A stretch of DNA of 64,000 nt from an uncultured Alphaproteobacteria bacterium (GTDB lineage: Bacteria > Pseudomonadota > Alphaproteobacteria > Caulobacterales > Aquidulcibacteraceae), in NCBI GenBank assembly GCA_963732745.1, contig CAVTAT010000002.1, positions 192,772 through 256,771 of the forward strand. The letters are read 5' to 3'. Positions within the stretch are counted from its first letter, which is position 1. Each line of letters opens with the position of its first letter. This document shows positions 21,883-32,855 of the stretch, in pieces. Made by a program: the position numbers and the translations under genes. The notes under the pieces are model-generated. The model had not been told where the DNA came from and did not search any database. It was given only the letters and a program-made list of their open reading frames with translations.

Positions 21883-22821
21883 ATGGGTGAGCGCGGCGCC
21901 GATTGGGGCCCCGCCCTGATGGCGACAATTTACCGGACGTTGGGGCGCGGCGTGTGCTTGGCGGTGCTGGCCCCGGTGATCTTCTATTTCTACCTGGCGG
22001 GGGCCAAGCAGCGGCGCGCTTCGCAGGATTATCTTGCGCGGGTGTGGCGCGTTTCCGGGCGCGCGGGTCGCCCGGGGCATTGGCATGGGCTGCTGCACTT
22101 TTTCGCGTTTGGCGAGTCCTTGATCGATAAATTCGCGGCCTGGATCGGACACATTGATCGCGATGACGTCGAGGCCATGGCCAGCCCGGGCTTCGAGGCG
22201 TTGCGCGACGATCCCAGGGGCGCGCTGATCTTATCGGCGCATGTAGGCGCCACCGAGATCATCCGCGCCATCGCTTCGCGCCATGAGCGCAGGCGGGTCA
22301 ATGTCGTCTATCACACCACCAACGCGAAACAGTACAACGACATGATCAAGCGCTTCGCGCCCAATTCGCGGGTCGCCTTGATCGAGGCTGGGAATTTCGA
22401 CGTGACCACGGCGATGACGCTTTCCGAAGCGGTCGGACGCGGCGAATGGGTGGTGATGATGGGTGACCGCATGCCGGTCAAGGCGAGCATGCGCGGGGTC
22501 AAGGTGGATTTCCTGGGCGCGCCGGCGTTCATGCCGCAAGGTCCGTTCGTGCTGGCGGCGGCGCTGCGCTGCCCGATTTATTTGATGTTCTGCACCAAGC
22601 AGAACAATCGCCACCGCGTCCAAGTTTCGCTGATGAACGATGAAACCGCGTCCATGCCGCGTCATAATCGCAAACAGGCGCTGCAGGCGCTGGTCGAACG
22701 CTTCGCACGCGCGCTGGAAGCGTTGGTTGTGGCGGCGCCGTACCAATGGTTCAATTTCTACGATTTTTGGGCGAAGCCGGAAGCGCTCGCCGAGGGTGGG
22801 GCGCGTGACGGCAATCATTGA
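21883..22821 (+). CDS. LpxL-like acyltransferase (C-terminal half of ApeJ-type protein)
   Basis: HWADMGERG, LILSAHVG, GEWVVMMGDR, GPFVLAAALRCP and PYQWFNFYDFW; start may lie at 21856. Confidence 0.85.
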   Translation: MGERGADWGPALMATIYRTLGRGVCLAVLAPVIFYFYLAGAKQRRASQDYLARVWRVSGRAGRPGHWHGLLHFFAFGESLIDKFAAWIGHIDRDDVEAMASPGFEALRDDPRGALILSAHVGATEIIRAIASRHERRRVNVVYHTTNAKQYNDMIKRFAPNSRVALIEAGNFDVTTAMTLSEAVGRGEWVVMMGDRMPVKASMRGVKVDFLGAPAFMPQGPFVLAAALRCPIYLMFCTKQNNRHRVQVSLMNDETASMPRHNRKQALQALVERFARALEALVVAAPYQWFNFYDFWAKPEALAEGGARDGNH

Positions 22822-24300
22822 ACTTGGCGAAGGCGATCTATCGATCGAACAGGTGTGGCGGCTGGCGCACCGCGCGGCCAAACCCCGTTTGTCGGCGGCC
22901 GCGCTCGCCCGCGTTCGCCGTTCGGCGGCGCATGTCGAGGCGGCGCTGGCGCGCGACGGCGTGATTTATGGCGTCACCACGGGCTATGGCGATTCGTGTA
23001 CAACCGAAATTCCCCCCGCGCTGATCGCGGAGCTGCCGCTGCACTTGACCCGGTTTCACGGCTGCGGGCTGGGCCGCATGCTCAATGCGGCGGAGACGCG
23101 GGCGGTGATGGCGGTGCGGCTCGCGGCGTTGCTGCGCGGCTGGTCTGGCGTGTCGGTGGAATTGGCGACGCTGCTCTGCGCCATGCTGGAGCGCGATATC
23201 CTGCCGCTTATTCCCGCCGAGGGATCGGTGGGCGCGAGCGGCGATCTGACCCCGCTCAGCTACATAGCCGGCGCGCTGGTCGGCGAGCGCGAGGTGATGT
23301 TCGCCGAGCGGCGCATGCGCGCGTCGGCGGCGTTCGCTGAAGCAGGCCTCAAACCGATAGTGTTGCGTCCCAAGGAAGCGCTGGCGGTGATGAACGGCAC
23401 GGCGATGATGACCGGGCTGGCGGCGCTGGCGCTGGTGCGGGCCGAAGGATTGAGCCGGCTGAGTTCGCGGCTCGACGGCGATGGCCTCTATCGGCGCTGC
23501 TCGGCAATCCGGCCCACTTCGATCCGCGCTTGTCCTTGGCCAAGCCTCATCCGGGCCAAGGACGGGTCGCCGCACGCATCGCCGCTGACCTTGCCGCGTT
23601 CGCGCGGCTGCACGAGCCGTCGCGCTTGCAGGACCGCTACTCGATCCGCTGCGCTCCCCACGTCGTCGGCGTGTTGGAGGACATGCTGCCAGTATTCCGG
23701 ACGACCATCGAAACCGAGATCAACAGCGCCAACGACAATCCCTTGTTCGATCCGGAGAGCGGCGAGGTTCTACACGGCGGGCATTTTTACGGCGGCCACG
23801 TCGCCTTCGCCATGGACAGTCTGAAAAACCTGGTCGCGAACCTGGCCGATCTCATGGACCGTCAATTGGCGCTGTTGGTCGACACCCGCTTCAACAATGG
23901 CCTGCCAGCCAATCTTTCGGGTGCTACCGGCGCGCGGGCGGCGATCAATCACGGATTGAAGGCGGTGCAGATCGCGGTTTCGGCCTGGACCGCCGAAGCG
24001 CTGAAGCTGACCATGCCGGCGAGCGTGTTCTCGCGATCGACCGAGTGTCACAACCAGGACAAAGTCTCGATGGGCTCGATCGCCGCGCGCGACGCGCTGC
24101 GTGTGCTGGAATTGACCGAGCAGGTCGCCGCCGCCCACGTCATCGCCTGCAGCCAGGCGCTGCGCCTTCGGCAAATGGCCGGCGAGATCAGTTCGGCGAT
24201 GATGGGCGCCGAGATCGCGGAATTAATGGCGCGCGCGCCCTTCATCGAGGAGGACGCTCCCCTGGACGCAAATTCTCGCCCAAATGGTCGATGCCATTAG
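22805..24300 (+). CDS. MIO-dependent aromatic amino acid ammonia-lyase (HAL/PAL/TAL family), frameshifted
   Basis: YGVTTGYG, GSVGASGDL (MIO), KEALAVMNGT, QDRYSIRCAPHV, NDNP and TECHNQDKVSMG. Confidence 0.92.
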
Positions 24301-24348
24301 CCGCCGGCAATGGCGGCTTGACTGGGACCATGACCGGGAGCGGGCTGA

Positions 24349-24777
24349 ATGAAGGCGATAGTCAGCGCCTCCGCCGAAGCTACGCCGCAATTCTATGATC
24401 TCGATCCGATGAACATCGTCTGGCACGGCCACTATCCCCGCTTTTTGGAATTGGGGCGGATGGCGGTGATGACCAAGATCGGCTACGGGTATGAAGAGAT
24501 GGTCGCTTCCGGTTTTGCCTGGCCGGTGATCGATCTGCGCATGCGCTATGCGCGCTCGATGCGTTTGAATGTGCCGGTGAAAATCAGCGCGGGGATTGTC
24601 GAATGGGAAAACATGCTGCGGATCACCTACCAAATACAGGAAGCGGCGTCCGGCGAGCGGGTGATGCGCGCCAGTTCGTCGCAAGTGGCGGTCACCATCG
24701 CGGACAACGAAATGCTCTGGGTTTGCCCGGCCATCTTGCTCGAAAAATTGCGGCCGTTCTTGCCGCCGGCTTCGTGA
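24349..24777 (+). CDS. Acyl-CoA thioesterase (ApeK-like)
   Basis: FYDLDPMNIVWHGHYPRFLE hot-dog thioesterase motif. Confidence 0.88.
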   Translation: MKAIVSASAEATPQFYDLDPMNIVWHGHYPRFLELGRMAVMTKIGYGYEEMVASGFAWPVIDLRMRYARSMRLNVPVKISAGIVEWENMLRITYQIQEAASGERVMRASSSQVAVTIADNEMLWVCPAILLEKLRPFLPPAS

Positions 24778-25302
24778 GTTTTCGGCGTTGGCGTCGCGCA
24801 CGCTGCCTGCACCGATCCGTTCGAACTGGGCGTTGTTTACGGCGCGGCCAGCTTTACCCAGTCGCGGCATTTGACCGGCGTTCGCGCGCCGCTGGTTTCT
24901 CGCGGGCGGGTGGAGGTCGCCGCGCAAAGCGTGGTTTGGCGCGTCACCGAGCCGCTCGACATCCGCACCACCATCACGCCGGCCGGCATCACTCAGGCGG
25001 TGGATGGGGGCGCGCCGCAAAGCTTGGGGCCGCAAGGCGGCGGCGACGCGTTCTTGTCCAGCGCCGGCTTGTTCGATCTGTTGGCCGGAAATTTCACGGC
25101 GCTGCGAACGCATTATGAAGTGGCGCGCGATGCGCCCGCGGCCTCCGGCGCTTGGCGGCTGCGCCTTACCCCGCGCGCCGCCAGCATGGCGCGGTTCGTG
25201 TCGCACATAGCGATCGGCGGCTGTGAGCGTGTGGAGCGCGTTGAAGTGCGTCAAGCCAGCGGCGACTGGATGGAAATCGCTCTTTCGGCGCTGGGAAGCT
25301 AG
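24774..25302 (+). CDS. LolA-like outer-membrane carrier (ApeL-like); 5' end frameshifted
   Basis: FTQSRHLTGVRAPLVSRG...VVWRVTEP...WRLRLTPR; canonical position between thioesterase and MMPL. Confidence 0.78.
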
Positions 25303-25308
25303 CAGCGC

Positions 25309-27522
25309 GTGCGTTTCTGGGGGGCCATTCTCTGTGCGCTATGGTGCGTGGCGGCCAGCGTCGTCATTGGCGTGCGCGTTCAGGGCGGCGGCGCCTTCGA
25401 TACCGACATCCAGAACATCTTGCCGGGCAATGCGCTCGAACCAGTGATTCGCGCCGCTATCTCTGACGCCTCGAACGCGGCGTCGCGCCGGGTTGTGGTG
25501 CTGGTTTCCGGGGCCGACCAAGCCCGCGCCGAACTCGCCGCCGCCGATCTCGAGCGCGAGTTCACGCAGACCGGCGCCTTCGCCTCCGACCAATCCGACG
25601 GCGAATTGCTCGCACGCTGGTTGTTCGCAAACCGCAACCAGCTCATCTGCGAAACCGATCCCGCACTGTTCGACGGCGCGGCGGCGGCGCGGCGATCTTT
25701 GGCTCTGCTGTACGCGCCGATGACGCCGATTTCGGGCGAGTTGCTCGCGCGCGATCCGTTTTTGCGAACGTTGCAGCTCGCGCAATGCTTGGCGCGGGCC
25801 GCGGGTGCGAGCCAGGGCGCGCTGGTGTCCGGCGCGTTGTCGGGCTCGGCGTTTCGCATCGATGTGCAGGACAAGCTCGTGGGTGTCTATGAGGTTTGGC
25901 GCGAACGCTGGCCGGACGTGTCCGCGGCGCGCGCTGGCGCCGTGTTTTTCGCCGAGCATGGCGCGCGTCAGGCGCGGCGGGAAATCGCCTTGATCGGCGG
26001 GGTTTCGCTGCTGGCGATCCTGGCCTTGTTGTTCGTATGTTTCCGCCGCCCCGAAGCGGTGCTTGGCACGCTGGCGGTGACGCTCGCGGGCGGCGCTGGC
26101 TCGCTCGGCGCGGCGCTGCTGGTGTTTCCGAGTGTGCATGTGCTGGTATTTGTGTTCGGCTCGGCGCTGATTGGCGTTACCTCAGACTACGCCCTGCATT
26201 ATCTCGCCACCGGCCCGCAAACCGGCTGGGCCCCCGTGCGCGATCGTATCAAGCTGGTTTCGCGGCCGTTGGCGGCGTGCGCGTTGGCGACGGCGACCGG
26301 GTTCGCCAGCCTGGGGCTGTTCGGCGTGGCGATTTTCAATCAGGTGGCGGTGTTTTCCGTCGCCGGCATCGTCACCGCATGGTGGTTCACGCTGACCCTG
26401 CTGCCGCTGATGGATGTGCGCGCCCGCGACTCAGGCGCCATGTCGCGCTGGTGGCGCAAGCTCGAAGCGCCGTTTCTGAAATTCAACTGGACCAGGGCGC
26501 ATACCATCGCCGCCGCTTTGCTGGCGCTGGTTGCGATCGGCGTCGGCGCGCTTCGCTACGATGTGCTTGACGATGTGCGGCTGTTTCAGCCGCGCTCGCC
26601 CGAGCTTGCGTCGGAGGAAGCCCAGGTGCGCCAGGCTCTGGGGTTTAGCGCATCGCCTTCGTTCTTGTTGTCGTACGGAGGTAGCGCCGATCAGGCGCGC
26701 CAGCGCGAGGAGGCCGCGCTGGCTCGCTGGCCGAGCGAGCTTGCCGCCGATGTGCTGGCGGCAAGCCGGTTCGATCCCTCCAGTGCGCGCCGCGCCGAAA
26801 ACGAAGCCTTGTTGCGGCGCGAATTGTACAATCCCCATTTGCCGGCGCGCCGCGCCTTGCTGGAGATGCCGGAGGCTGACCCGCTAGCGCCAGTCGATGC
26901 GGCGGCCAAGCCGGCAATGCTTGCCGCACTGGAGGGGCAAACCGGAGCGGTGCATTATTTGGTCGCGCCGCTCGGCGCCATCGCCGCGGCGGCGTCGCCG
27001 CCTCAGCAGGAAGGGGCGGTGCTGGTCGATCCGGCGGCGCGCTACAGCCAGGCTTTCGCCTTGTTTCGCGCGCGCGCCGCCGGGGCGGTGGCGGCGGCTT
27101 TTTTGGTGTGCGCGCTGATTGTGCTGGCGCTGTACCGGACTTGGCGCGCCTTGCGGGTGCTGGCCGCGCCGGCCCTCGGCGTGGCGATGGCGGTGGCGGT
27201 ACCGCTGGCGCTGGGCGCGCCGGCATCGTTCTTCTCCATCGCCGCGCTTTTTGTGGTGATCGGAGCGGGGATAGACCATTCGGTGTTCCTGTTCGAAGCC
27301 GCCGAGACCGACGATCAGGCGAAAGAGCTTGTGGTTTTCCTGGCGGCGTTGACCACAATCTTGTCTATGGGATTGCTGGGCCTCAGCGGGACATTTCCGG
27401 TCCGAAGTTTTGGCCTGGCGGTTGCCGCCGGGGTGACAGCCGCCTATCTGGCGTCGTTTTTGCCAAATCCCGGCCCAAATCCCAGCAAGAGGGGGCGCGC
27501 CGGTGCAGGTCACGCAGACTGA
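25309..27522 (+). CDS. MMPL/RND-type exporter (ApeM-like)
   Basis: DTDIQNILP, FGSALIGVTSDYALHY and GAGIDHSVF; two TM blocks. Confidence 0.88.
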   Translation: MRFWGAILCALWCVAASVVIGVRVQGGGAFDTDIQNILPGNALEPVIRAAISDASNAASRRVVVLVSGADQARAELAAADLEREFTQTGAFASDQSDGELLARWLFANRNQLICETDPALFDGAAAARRSLALLYAPMTPISGELLARDPFLRTLQLAQCLARAAGASQGALVSGALSGSAFRIDVQDKLVGVYEVWRERWPDVSAARAGAVFFAEHGARQARREIALIGGVSLLAILALLFVCFRRPEAVLGTLAVTLAGGAGSLGAALLVFPSVHVLVFVFGSALIGVTSDYALHYLATGPQTGWAPVRDRIKLVSRPLAACALATATGFASLGLFGVAIFNQVAVFSVAGIVTAWWFTLTLLPLMDVRARDSGAMSRWWRKLEAPFLKFNWTRAHTIAAALLALVAIGVGALRYDVLDDVRLFQPRSPELASEEAQVRQALGFSASPSFLLSYGGSADQARQREEAALARWPSELAADVLAASRFDPSSARRAENEALLRRELYNPHLPARRALLEMPEADPLAPVDAAAKPAMLAALEGQTGAVHYLVAPLGAIAAAASPPQQEGAVLVDPAARYSQAFALFRARAAGAVAAAFLVCALIVLALYRTWRALRVLAAPALGVAMAVAVPLALGAPASFFSIAALFVVIGAGIDHSVFLFEAAETDDQAKELVVFLAALTTILSMGLLGLSGTFPVRSFGLAVAAGVTAAYLASFLPNPGPNPSKRGRAGAGHAD

Positions 27523-28735
27523 TGTTGTTATTATCGGCGCGGGGCCCGCGGGCTCGCTGGCCGCGGCCGTGCTGGCGGCGAAAGGCCACCGCGTCGAGAT
27601 GATCGAGCGCGCGCATTTCCCGCGGTTTTCGATCGGCGAGAGTCTGCTGGCGCAATCGGTCGAGTATCTGGGCCAAGCGGGCTTGCTCGAAGATGTGCAA
27701 GCGCATGGATTCCAGTTCAAGGACGGCGCGGTCTTCCACCTCGATGGGATGTCAACGTCGATCTACTTTCCCGACAAGAGCGCGCCCGGCCCATCGACCA
27801 CGTTTCAAGTGATGCGGTCGGACTTCGACAATATCCTCGCGCTAGGCGCGGCGAAGCGCGGCGCGAAGGTAACCTTTGGGCAGGAAGTGATTGCGTTCAG
27901 CTCCGATGCAAGCGGCGCGGCTCTGGATGTGCGCGATGAAGCCGGGCTTGTACGCCGCATCGAAGCGCGCTTCGCGCTCGACGCTAGCGGCTTCGGCCGC
28001 ACGCTGAGCCGGCTGTGCGAACTGGAAACGCCATCGGACTTTCCGGTGCGCCGCGCCGTCTTCGGGCAGGTGGTGGATCACATCAGCGAGCCGAGCTTCG
28101 ATCGCGACAAGATCCTGATCTCGATCAATCCAAGCAATCCGCAAATCTGGTACTGGTTGATTCCGCTCAAGGACGGATTGTCTTCAATTGGCGCTGTCGG
28201 GCCGCAGGAGGCGATCGAGGCGGCGGGCGCCAATGATCACGAGCGGTTGTGGAATCTGATCGGCGAGGTACCTTACAAGGCGCTTGTTTTGAAGAATGCC
28301 GAAATCTACCGCCCGATCGCGACCATTACCGGCTACGCTTGCAACGTCAAAAGCCTGGTCGGCCCGAGCTATGCGCTGCTGGGCAACGCGGCGGAATTCT
28401 TGGATCCGGTGTTTTCATCCGGCGTCACCATCGCCCTCAAATCAGCCAGCCTCGCCGCCGGCCTGGTCGATCGGCAATTGAAGGGCGAGAAGCCGGACTG
28501 GCAGAAGGAATTCGCCGAGGAACTCTATGTCGGCATCGATACATTTCGCGCTTGCGTCGATGCGTGGTATTCCGGCGCCTTGCAACGGATCATTTTCAAT
28601 CGGCCGCCGGGCATGACCGACGTCAGCCGCATGCTGACTTCGGTGCTGGCTGGGTATGCGTGGGACCGGGAGAATAATTTCGTCAAGCAGCCGCGCCGGT
28701 TCATGCGTTTGGTGGATGAATTGTGCGCGCGTTGA
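27503..28735 (+). CDS. FAD-dependent oxidoreductase, flavin halogenase-like
   Basis: GAGPAG, FPRFSIGESL, GFQFKDGA, WYWLIP (WxWxIP) and FLDPVFSSGV. Confidence 0.88.
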   Translation: MQVTQTDVVIIGAGPAGSLAAAVLAAKGHRVEMIERAHFPRFSIGESLLAQSVEYLGQAGLLEDVQAHGFQFKDGAVFHLDGMSTSIYFPDKSAPGPSTTFQVMRSDFDNILALGAAKRGAKVTFGQEVIAFSSDASGAALDVRDEAGLVRRIEARFALDASGFGRTLSRLCELETPSDFPVRRAVFGQVVDHISEPSFDRDKILISINPSNPQIWYWLIPLKDGLSSIGAVGPQEAIEAAGANDHERLWNLIGEVPYKALVLKNAEIYRPIATITGYACNVKSLVGPSYALLGNAAEFLDPVFSSGVTIALKSASLAAGLVDRQLKGEKPDWQKEFAEELYVGIDTFRACVDAWYSGALQRIIFNRPPGMTDVSRMLTSVLAGYAWDRENNFVKQPRRFMRLVDELCAR

Positions 28736-29268
28736 TGCTCTGCCTTGCGCTTGGCGCGTGCGCATCGGCGCCGGATGAGGGTCCGCGCGCGCATATCGCC
28801 AAGGATTTGGCGCTGACGCTGCCAACGCCGCCGGGCTATCCTGAGACCCGCACTATCGCCCAGACGCTGCGCGCGCGTTACGGATTGCTTTCGGCGGCGT
28901 TTGAATCGGTGGTGTCGCTTTCGCCCCACGCCGTGGAGATCGTCGTCACCGCAGCCTTTGGACCGCGCTTGGCCACCATCACTTGGGACAAGGCCGGCGT
29001 TCGCGAAGAGCGCACTTTGCTGGCCCCGGAAGGCGTGCCGGTTGAAAACATTTTGGCCGACATGTTCATTTCACTCTGGCCGCCCGAAGCTGTGATCGCG
29101 GCGCTGCCCGAGGGCGTGGAATTGACCGTCGCCGAGGACGGTACGCGAACTTTGAGCGCCGCTGGTGAGCCGATCATGGAAGTGCGCCGCGAATCGGAAA
29201 TGCGCGTGACCACGCGCAATTTCGCGCTCGGTTATGAAATCACCATTGTCAGCCAGGTGCTGGAATGA
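28723..29268 (+). CDS. DUF3261-like lipoprotein (ApeN-like)
   Basis: Lipobox LGAC; ENILADMFISLWP; position before the ketosynthase. Confidence 0.8.
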   Translation: MRALMLCLALGACASAPDEGPRAHIAKDLALTLPTPPGYPETRTIAQTLRARYGLLSAAFESVVSLSPHAVEIVVTAAFGPRLATITWDKAGVREERTLLAPEGVPVENILADMFISLWPPEAVIAALPEGVELTVAEDGTRTLSAAGEPIMEVRRESEMRVTTRNFALGYEITIVSQVLE

Positions 29269-30425
29269 TGCGCCCGCCCGTGTTCATCGAGGATTATTCC
29301 ATTGTCTGCGCGTTAGGCGACGAGAAAGCGAACGGTCGCCGCGAATCTGTTTGCGCCGACGCCGCAAAAGGTCAGCGGCATCGCGCGGCTGAGCGATGGG
29401 CGCGCCGTGCCGGTGGGGGCGGTGGCCGCCGCTTTGGCGGGGCCGGCGCATGAGACGCGCACCAATCAATTGATCGCCCATTGCTACGCCCCGCTCGCCG
29501 CGCGCGTGTCCGAATTACGCCAGCGTTTCGGCGCCGGCCGGCTGGGAATCGTGATCGGCACCTCGACCTCCGGCATCGGCGAGGCGGGTGAAGCGGCGGC
29601 GGAGAAGCTGCAATCGGGCGCCTGGCCGGCGGGCTTTTCGCTCCAGCAGCAAAGCCTTGGCGACTGCGCGCGCTTCGCGCGCCCTCTTGGCTGGGGCGGA
29701 GGGGCCTTGCTTATGTTGTATCCACCGCCTGCACTTCTGGCGCGCGGGCGATGATAGCCGGCGCGCGGCTGTTGCAGGCGGGATTGTGCGACGCTGTCTT
29801 GTGCGGCGGCGCCGATTCGCTGTGCGGGCTGACGCTCAATGGTTTTGCCGCGCTCGACGCGCTTGCCGAGACGCCGAGCAATCCGATGAGCGTCAACCGC
29901 AAGGGGCTTAATATCGGCGAGGGCTGCGCCTTGTTTGTGCTGACGCGAGAGCCAGGCCCCCATCGGCTGGCAGGGTGGGGCGCGAGCGCCGACGGCCACC
30001 ACATGTCCGCGCCCGACCCTACCGGGGCCGGCGCGGAAAAGGCGATGCGGAGCGCGCTGGCGGTCGCCCAGTTGGAGGCTGCGGCGATAGATTTTGTACA
30101 TTTGCACGGCACCGCGACCAAGCTCAACGACCAGATGGAAGCCAGCGTCACGCAGTGTTTGTTCGGATCTGAAACCGCTTGCGCTTCGACCAAACCCCTG
30201 ACTGGCCACACGCTCGGCGCCGCCGGCGCGGTGCAAGCGGCGCTGTGTCTGTTGGCGATGGAGCACGGGCGCTTGCCGCCGCACCTATGGGATGGCGCGC
30301 GCGATCCTGAGCTGGCCGCGCTGCGCTTGCCGGCGCCTGGGGAGCGGGCGAGCGTGTCCCGTATTGTCAGCGCCAGTTACGCCTTTGGCGGCAATAACGC
30401 CGCTTTGGTGCTGGCCGCCGCATGA
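29265..30425 (+). CDS. Beta-ketoacyl-ACP synthase (ApeO-like), frameshifted
   Basis: GTSTSGI, STACTSG, NIGEG, HGTATKLNDQME, GHTLGAAG and AFGGNN. Confidence 0.88.
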
Positions 30426-30877
30426 GCGCCTTTCCGCCTATCGAGGAATTAATCCCCCACCGCACGGGCATGCGATTGATTGATCGCGTGATCGCGGCCG
30501 AGGGCGAATTGGTGCGCAGCGAAGCAATTATTCGCGCCGACCACCTTTTTTTTCAGACCGGCGGCGTGCCTGCCTATGTCGGCTTCGAGTTGATGGCGCA
30601 GACCATCAGCGCCTATGACGGCCTGCGCCGGCGTCGCAATGGCAAACCGCCGGCGATCGGCTTTCTGTTGGGGTGCCGCAAATACGAAACGACGCGGCAA
30701 TATTTCCTGCGGGATGAGACGCTAACCATCGAGGCGACTTCCCTGCTGGGCGAGGAGGGCATGGCCTCGTTCGAATGCCGCATCCTCGATGCCGCTGGCG
30801 CCGAACTGGCGAGCGCGGTGATCAACGTGTATCGTCCCGCCGATCCAGAAGGGTTCCTGAAGGAACAATTGCAATGA
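30422..30877 (+). CDS. 3-hydroxyacyl-ACP dehydratase (ApeP-like)
   Basis: LIPHRTGMRLID, VGFELMAQT and GFLLGCRKY. Confidence 0.88.
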   Translation: MSAFPPIEELIPHRTGMRLIDRVIAAEGELVRSEAIIRADHLFFQTGGVPAYVGFELMAQTISAYDGLRRRRNGKPPAIGFLLGCRKYETTRQYFLRDETLTIEATSLLGEEGMASFECRILDAAGAELASAVINVYRPADPEGFLKEQLQ

Positions 30878-31599
30878 ATGTCGACAAGCCGGTTCTGGTG
30901 ACGGGGGCGAGCAAGGGTATCGGCCGCGCAATCGCGCTGCGGCTCGCCGGCGCCGGCTTTCCGATTTGCGTCCATTACGGCGCCGACAAAACTGGCGCGG
31001 AAGCGACCGCGACCGCTGTGCGCAATGCGGGCGCGTCGGCCGATATCATCAGCTTCGACGTGCGCGACCGTGAAGCAACGCGCGCGGCGCTGGAGCGACG
31101 GATCGAAAGCGGCGCGTTCTGGGGCGTGGTGCTAAGCGCGGGAATCACCCGCGACAACGCTTTCCCGGCCATCGACGGCGCCGGCTGGGACGATGTGTTG
31201 CGTACAAATCTTGACGGTTTCTATAATGTGCTGCACCCGCTGACCATGCCGATGATCCGGCGCCGCGACGGCGGCCGGATTGTCGCAATGGCCTCGGTGT
31301 CGGGCGTTATCGGCAACCGCGGCCAGGTCAATTACAGCGCCTCAAAGGCCGGCCTGATCGGCGCCGCCAAGGCGTTGGCGGTTGAGTTGGCCAAGCGCAA
31401 AATCACCGTCAATTGCCTCGCGCCCGGCCTGATCGAGACGGCGATGAGCGGAGATATGCCCGCCGAAATCCTCGCCGCCATCCCCATGCAGCGCATGGGC
31501 ACTGCGGACGAAGTGGCTGCGGCGGCGGCGTTTCTGTTTTCAGCGGAAGCAGGCTACATTACCCGGCAAGTCATAGGCATGAACGGGGGATTGGTTTGA
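30874..31599 (+). CDS. fabG: 3-oxoacyl-ACP reductase (FabG/ApeQ-like)
   Basis: TGASKGIG, NRGQVNYSASK and YITRQVI. Confidence 0.9.
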   Translation: MNVDKPVLVTGASKGIGRAIALRLAGAGFPICVHYGADKTGAEATATAVRNAGASADIISFDVRDREATRAALERRIESGAFWGVVLSAGITRDNAFPAIDGAGWDDVLRTNLDGFYNVLHPLTMPMIRRRDGGRIVAMASVSGVIGNRGQVNYSASKAGLIGAAKALAVELAKRKITVNCLAPGLIETAMSGDMPAEILAAIPMQRMGTADEVAAAAAFLFSAEAGYITRQVIGMNGGLV

Positions 31600-32828
31600 C
31601 ACGCCGCGTCGTCGTCACCGGAATGGCGGGCCTCACCGCTCTGGGCGGGGACTGGCCGACCATTGAGCAACGGATGCGCGCCGGCGAAACTGGCACGCGC
31701 TACATCGAGGCGTGGGACCGGCTGGGCGACCTGACCTGTAAAGTCGGCGCGCCGGTGGATTGGTTCAAGCACGAGGGATTTTATCCGCGGCAGAAAATGC
31801 GCTCCATGGGGCGCGTGTCGGTAATGGCGATGCATTCGGCCGAGCGGGCGCTGGCGCAGGCGGGGCTCGTCGATGATCCGGTGTTGACCGGCGGCCGCGC
31901 CGGCGTGGCCTGCGGTTCTTCTTTTGGCTCAACCGCGCCGATCCGGGATTTTGTCTCGTTCCTAGACACAGGCAAGGCCGGCGGCCTCAACGCCACCTCT
32001 TATATCCGCATGATGGCGCACACCGCGGCGGTGAACATCAGCGTTGGGTTCGGCTTAACCGGCCGCGTGATCACCACGTCGTCGGCATGTACGTCGGGAT
32101 CGCAAGGCGTGGGCTATGGCTTTGAGACCATTGCTGCCAATCAAGCCGACATCATGATTGTCGGCGGCGCCGAGGAATTTTGCCCAACCATGGCGATGGT
32201 GTTTGATCGTCTCTACGCCACCAGCGCCGGCGCGAACCTTACGCCGGCAAGCGCCAGCAAACCGTTCGATGCATCGCGCGACGGCATGGTCGTCGGCGAG
32301 GGCGCGGGATTTCTGGTGTTGGAGGAGCGCGCGCATGCCCTGGCGCGCGGAGCGCGGCCGCTGGCCGAAGTGGTGGGCTACGCCACCAATTCCGACGGCG
32401 CGCACATTTCCCATCCCGAGCAGCACACCCAGGCGCGCGTCATGGCTGAGGCGCTGCGCTGCGCGGGGATCGACCGCGGCGCGGTCGGCTTCATCAGCGG
32501 TCACGGCACCGCCACCGTCGCCGGCGATGTTGTGGAGAGCCAGGCGACCAATTCCGTCTATGGCGACAAGGTTCCGTTCCATACCCTGAAAGGCCATTTC
32601 GGTCATTCGCTGGGGGCCTGCGGCGGCATCGAGGCTTGGCTTGCGTTGGAGATGCTGCGCGCCGGTTGGATCGCGCCGATCGCCAATTTCCAGGAAAAAG
32701 ACCCCCGTTGCGCCGATCTGGATTATGTTGGCGCTGGAGGGCGCGCCATCGACGCCGAATATTGCGTGTCGAACAATTTCGCCTTCGGAGGGATTAATAC
32801 TTCGCTGGTGTTTGCCAAGGCACATTAG
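31596..32828 (+). CDS. Beta-ketoacyl-ACP synthase (ApeR-like)
   Basis: RRVVVTG, TSSACTSGSQG, GHGTAT, GHSLGACG and NNFAFGGINT. Confidence 0.92.
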   Translation: MTRRVVVTGMAGLTALGGDWPTIEQRMRAGETGTRYIEAWDRLGDLTCKVGAPVDWFKHEGFYPRQKMRSMGRVSVMAMHSAERALAQAGLVDDPVLTGGRAGVACGSSFGSTAPIRDFVSFLDTGKAGGLNATSYIRMMAHTAAVNISVGFGLTGRVITTSSACTSGSQGVGYGFETIAANQADIMIVGGAEEFCPTMAMVFDRLYATSAGANLTPASASKPFDASRDGMVVGEGAGFLVLEERAHALARGARPLAEVVGYATNSDGAHISHPEQHTQARVMAEALRCAGIDRGAVGFISGHGTATVAGDVVESQATNSVYGDKVPFHTLKGHFGHSLGACGGIEAWLALEMLRAGWIAPIANFQEKDPRCADLDYVGAGGRAIDAEYCVSNNFAFGGINTSLVFAKAH

Positions 32829-32855
32829 CTCGTGGCGTCAAGTCGGAGGGGATTC

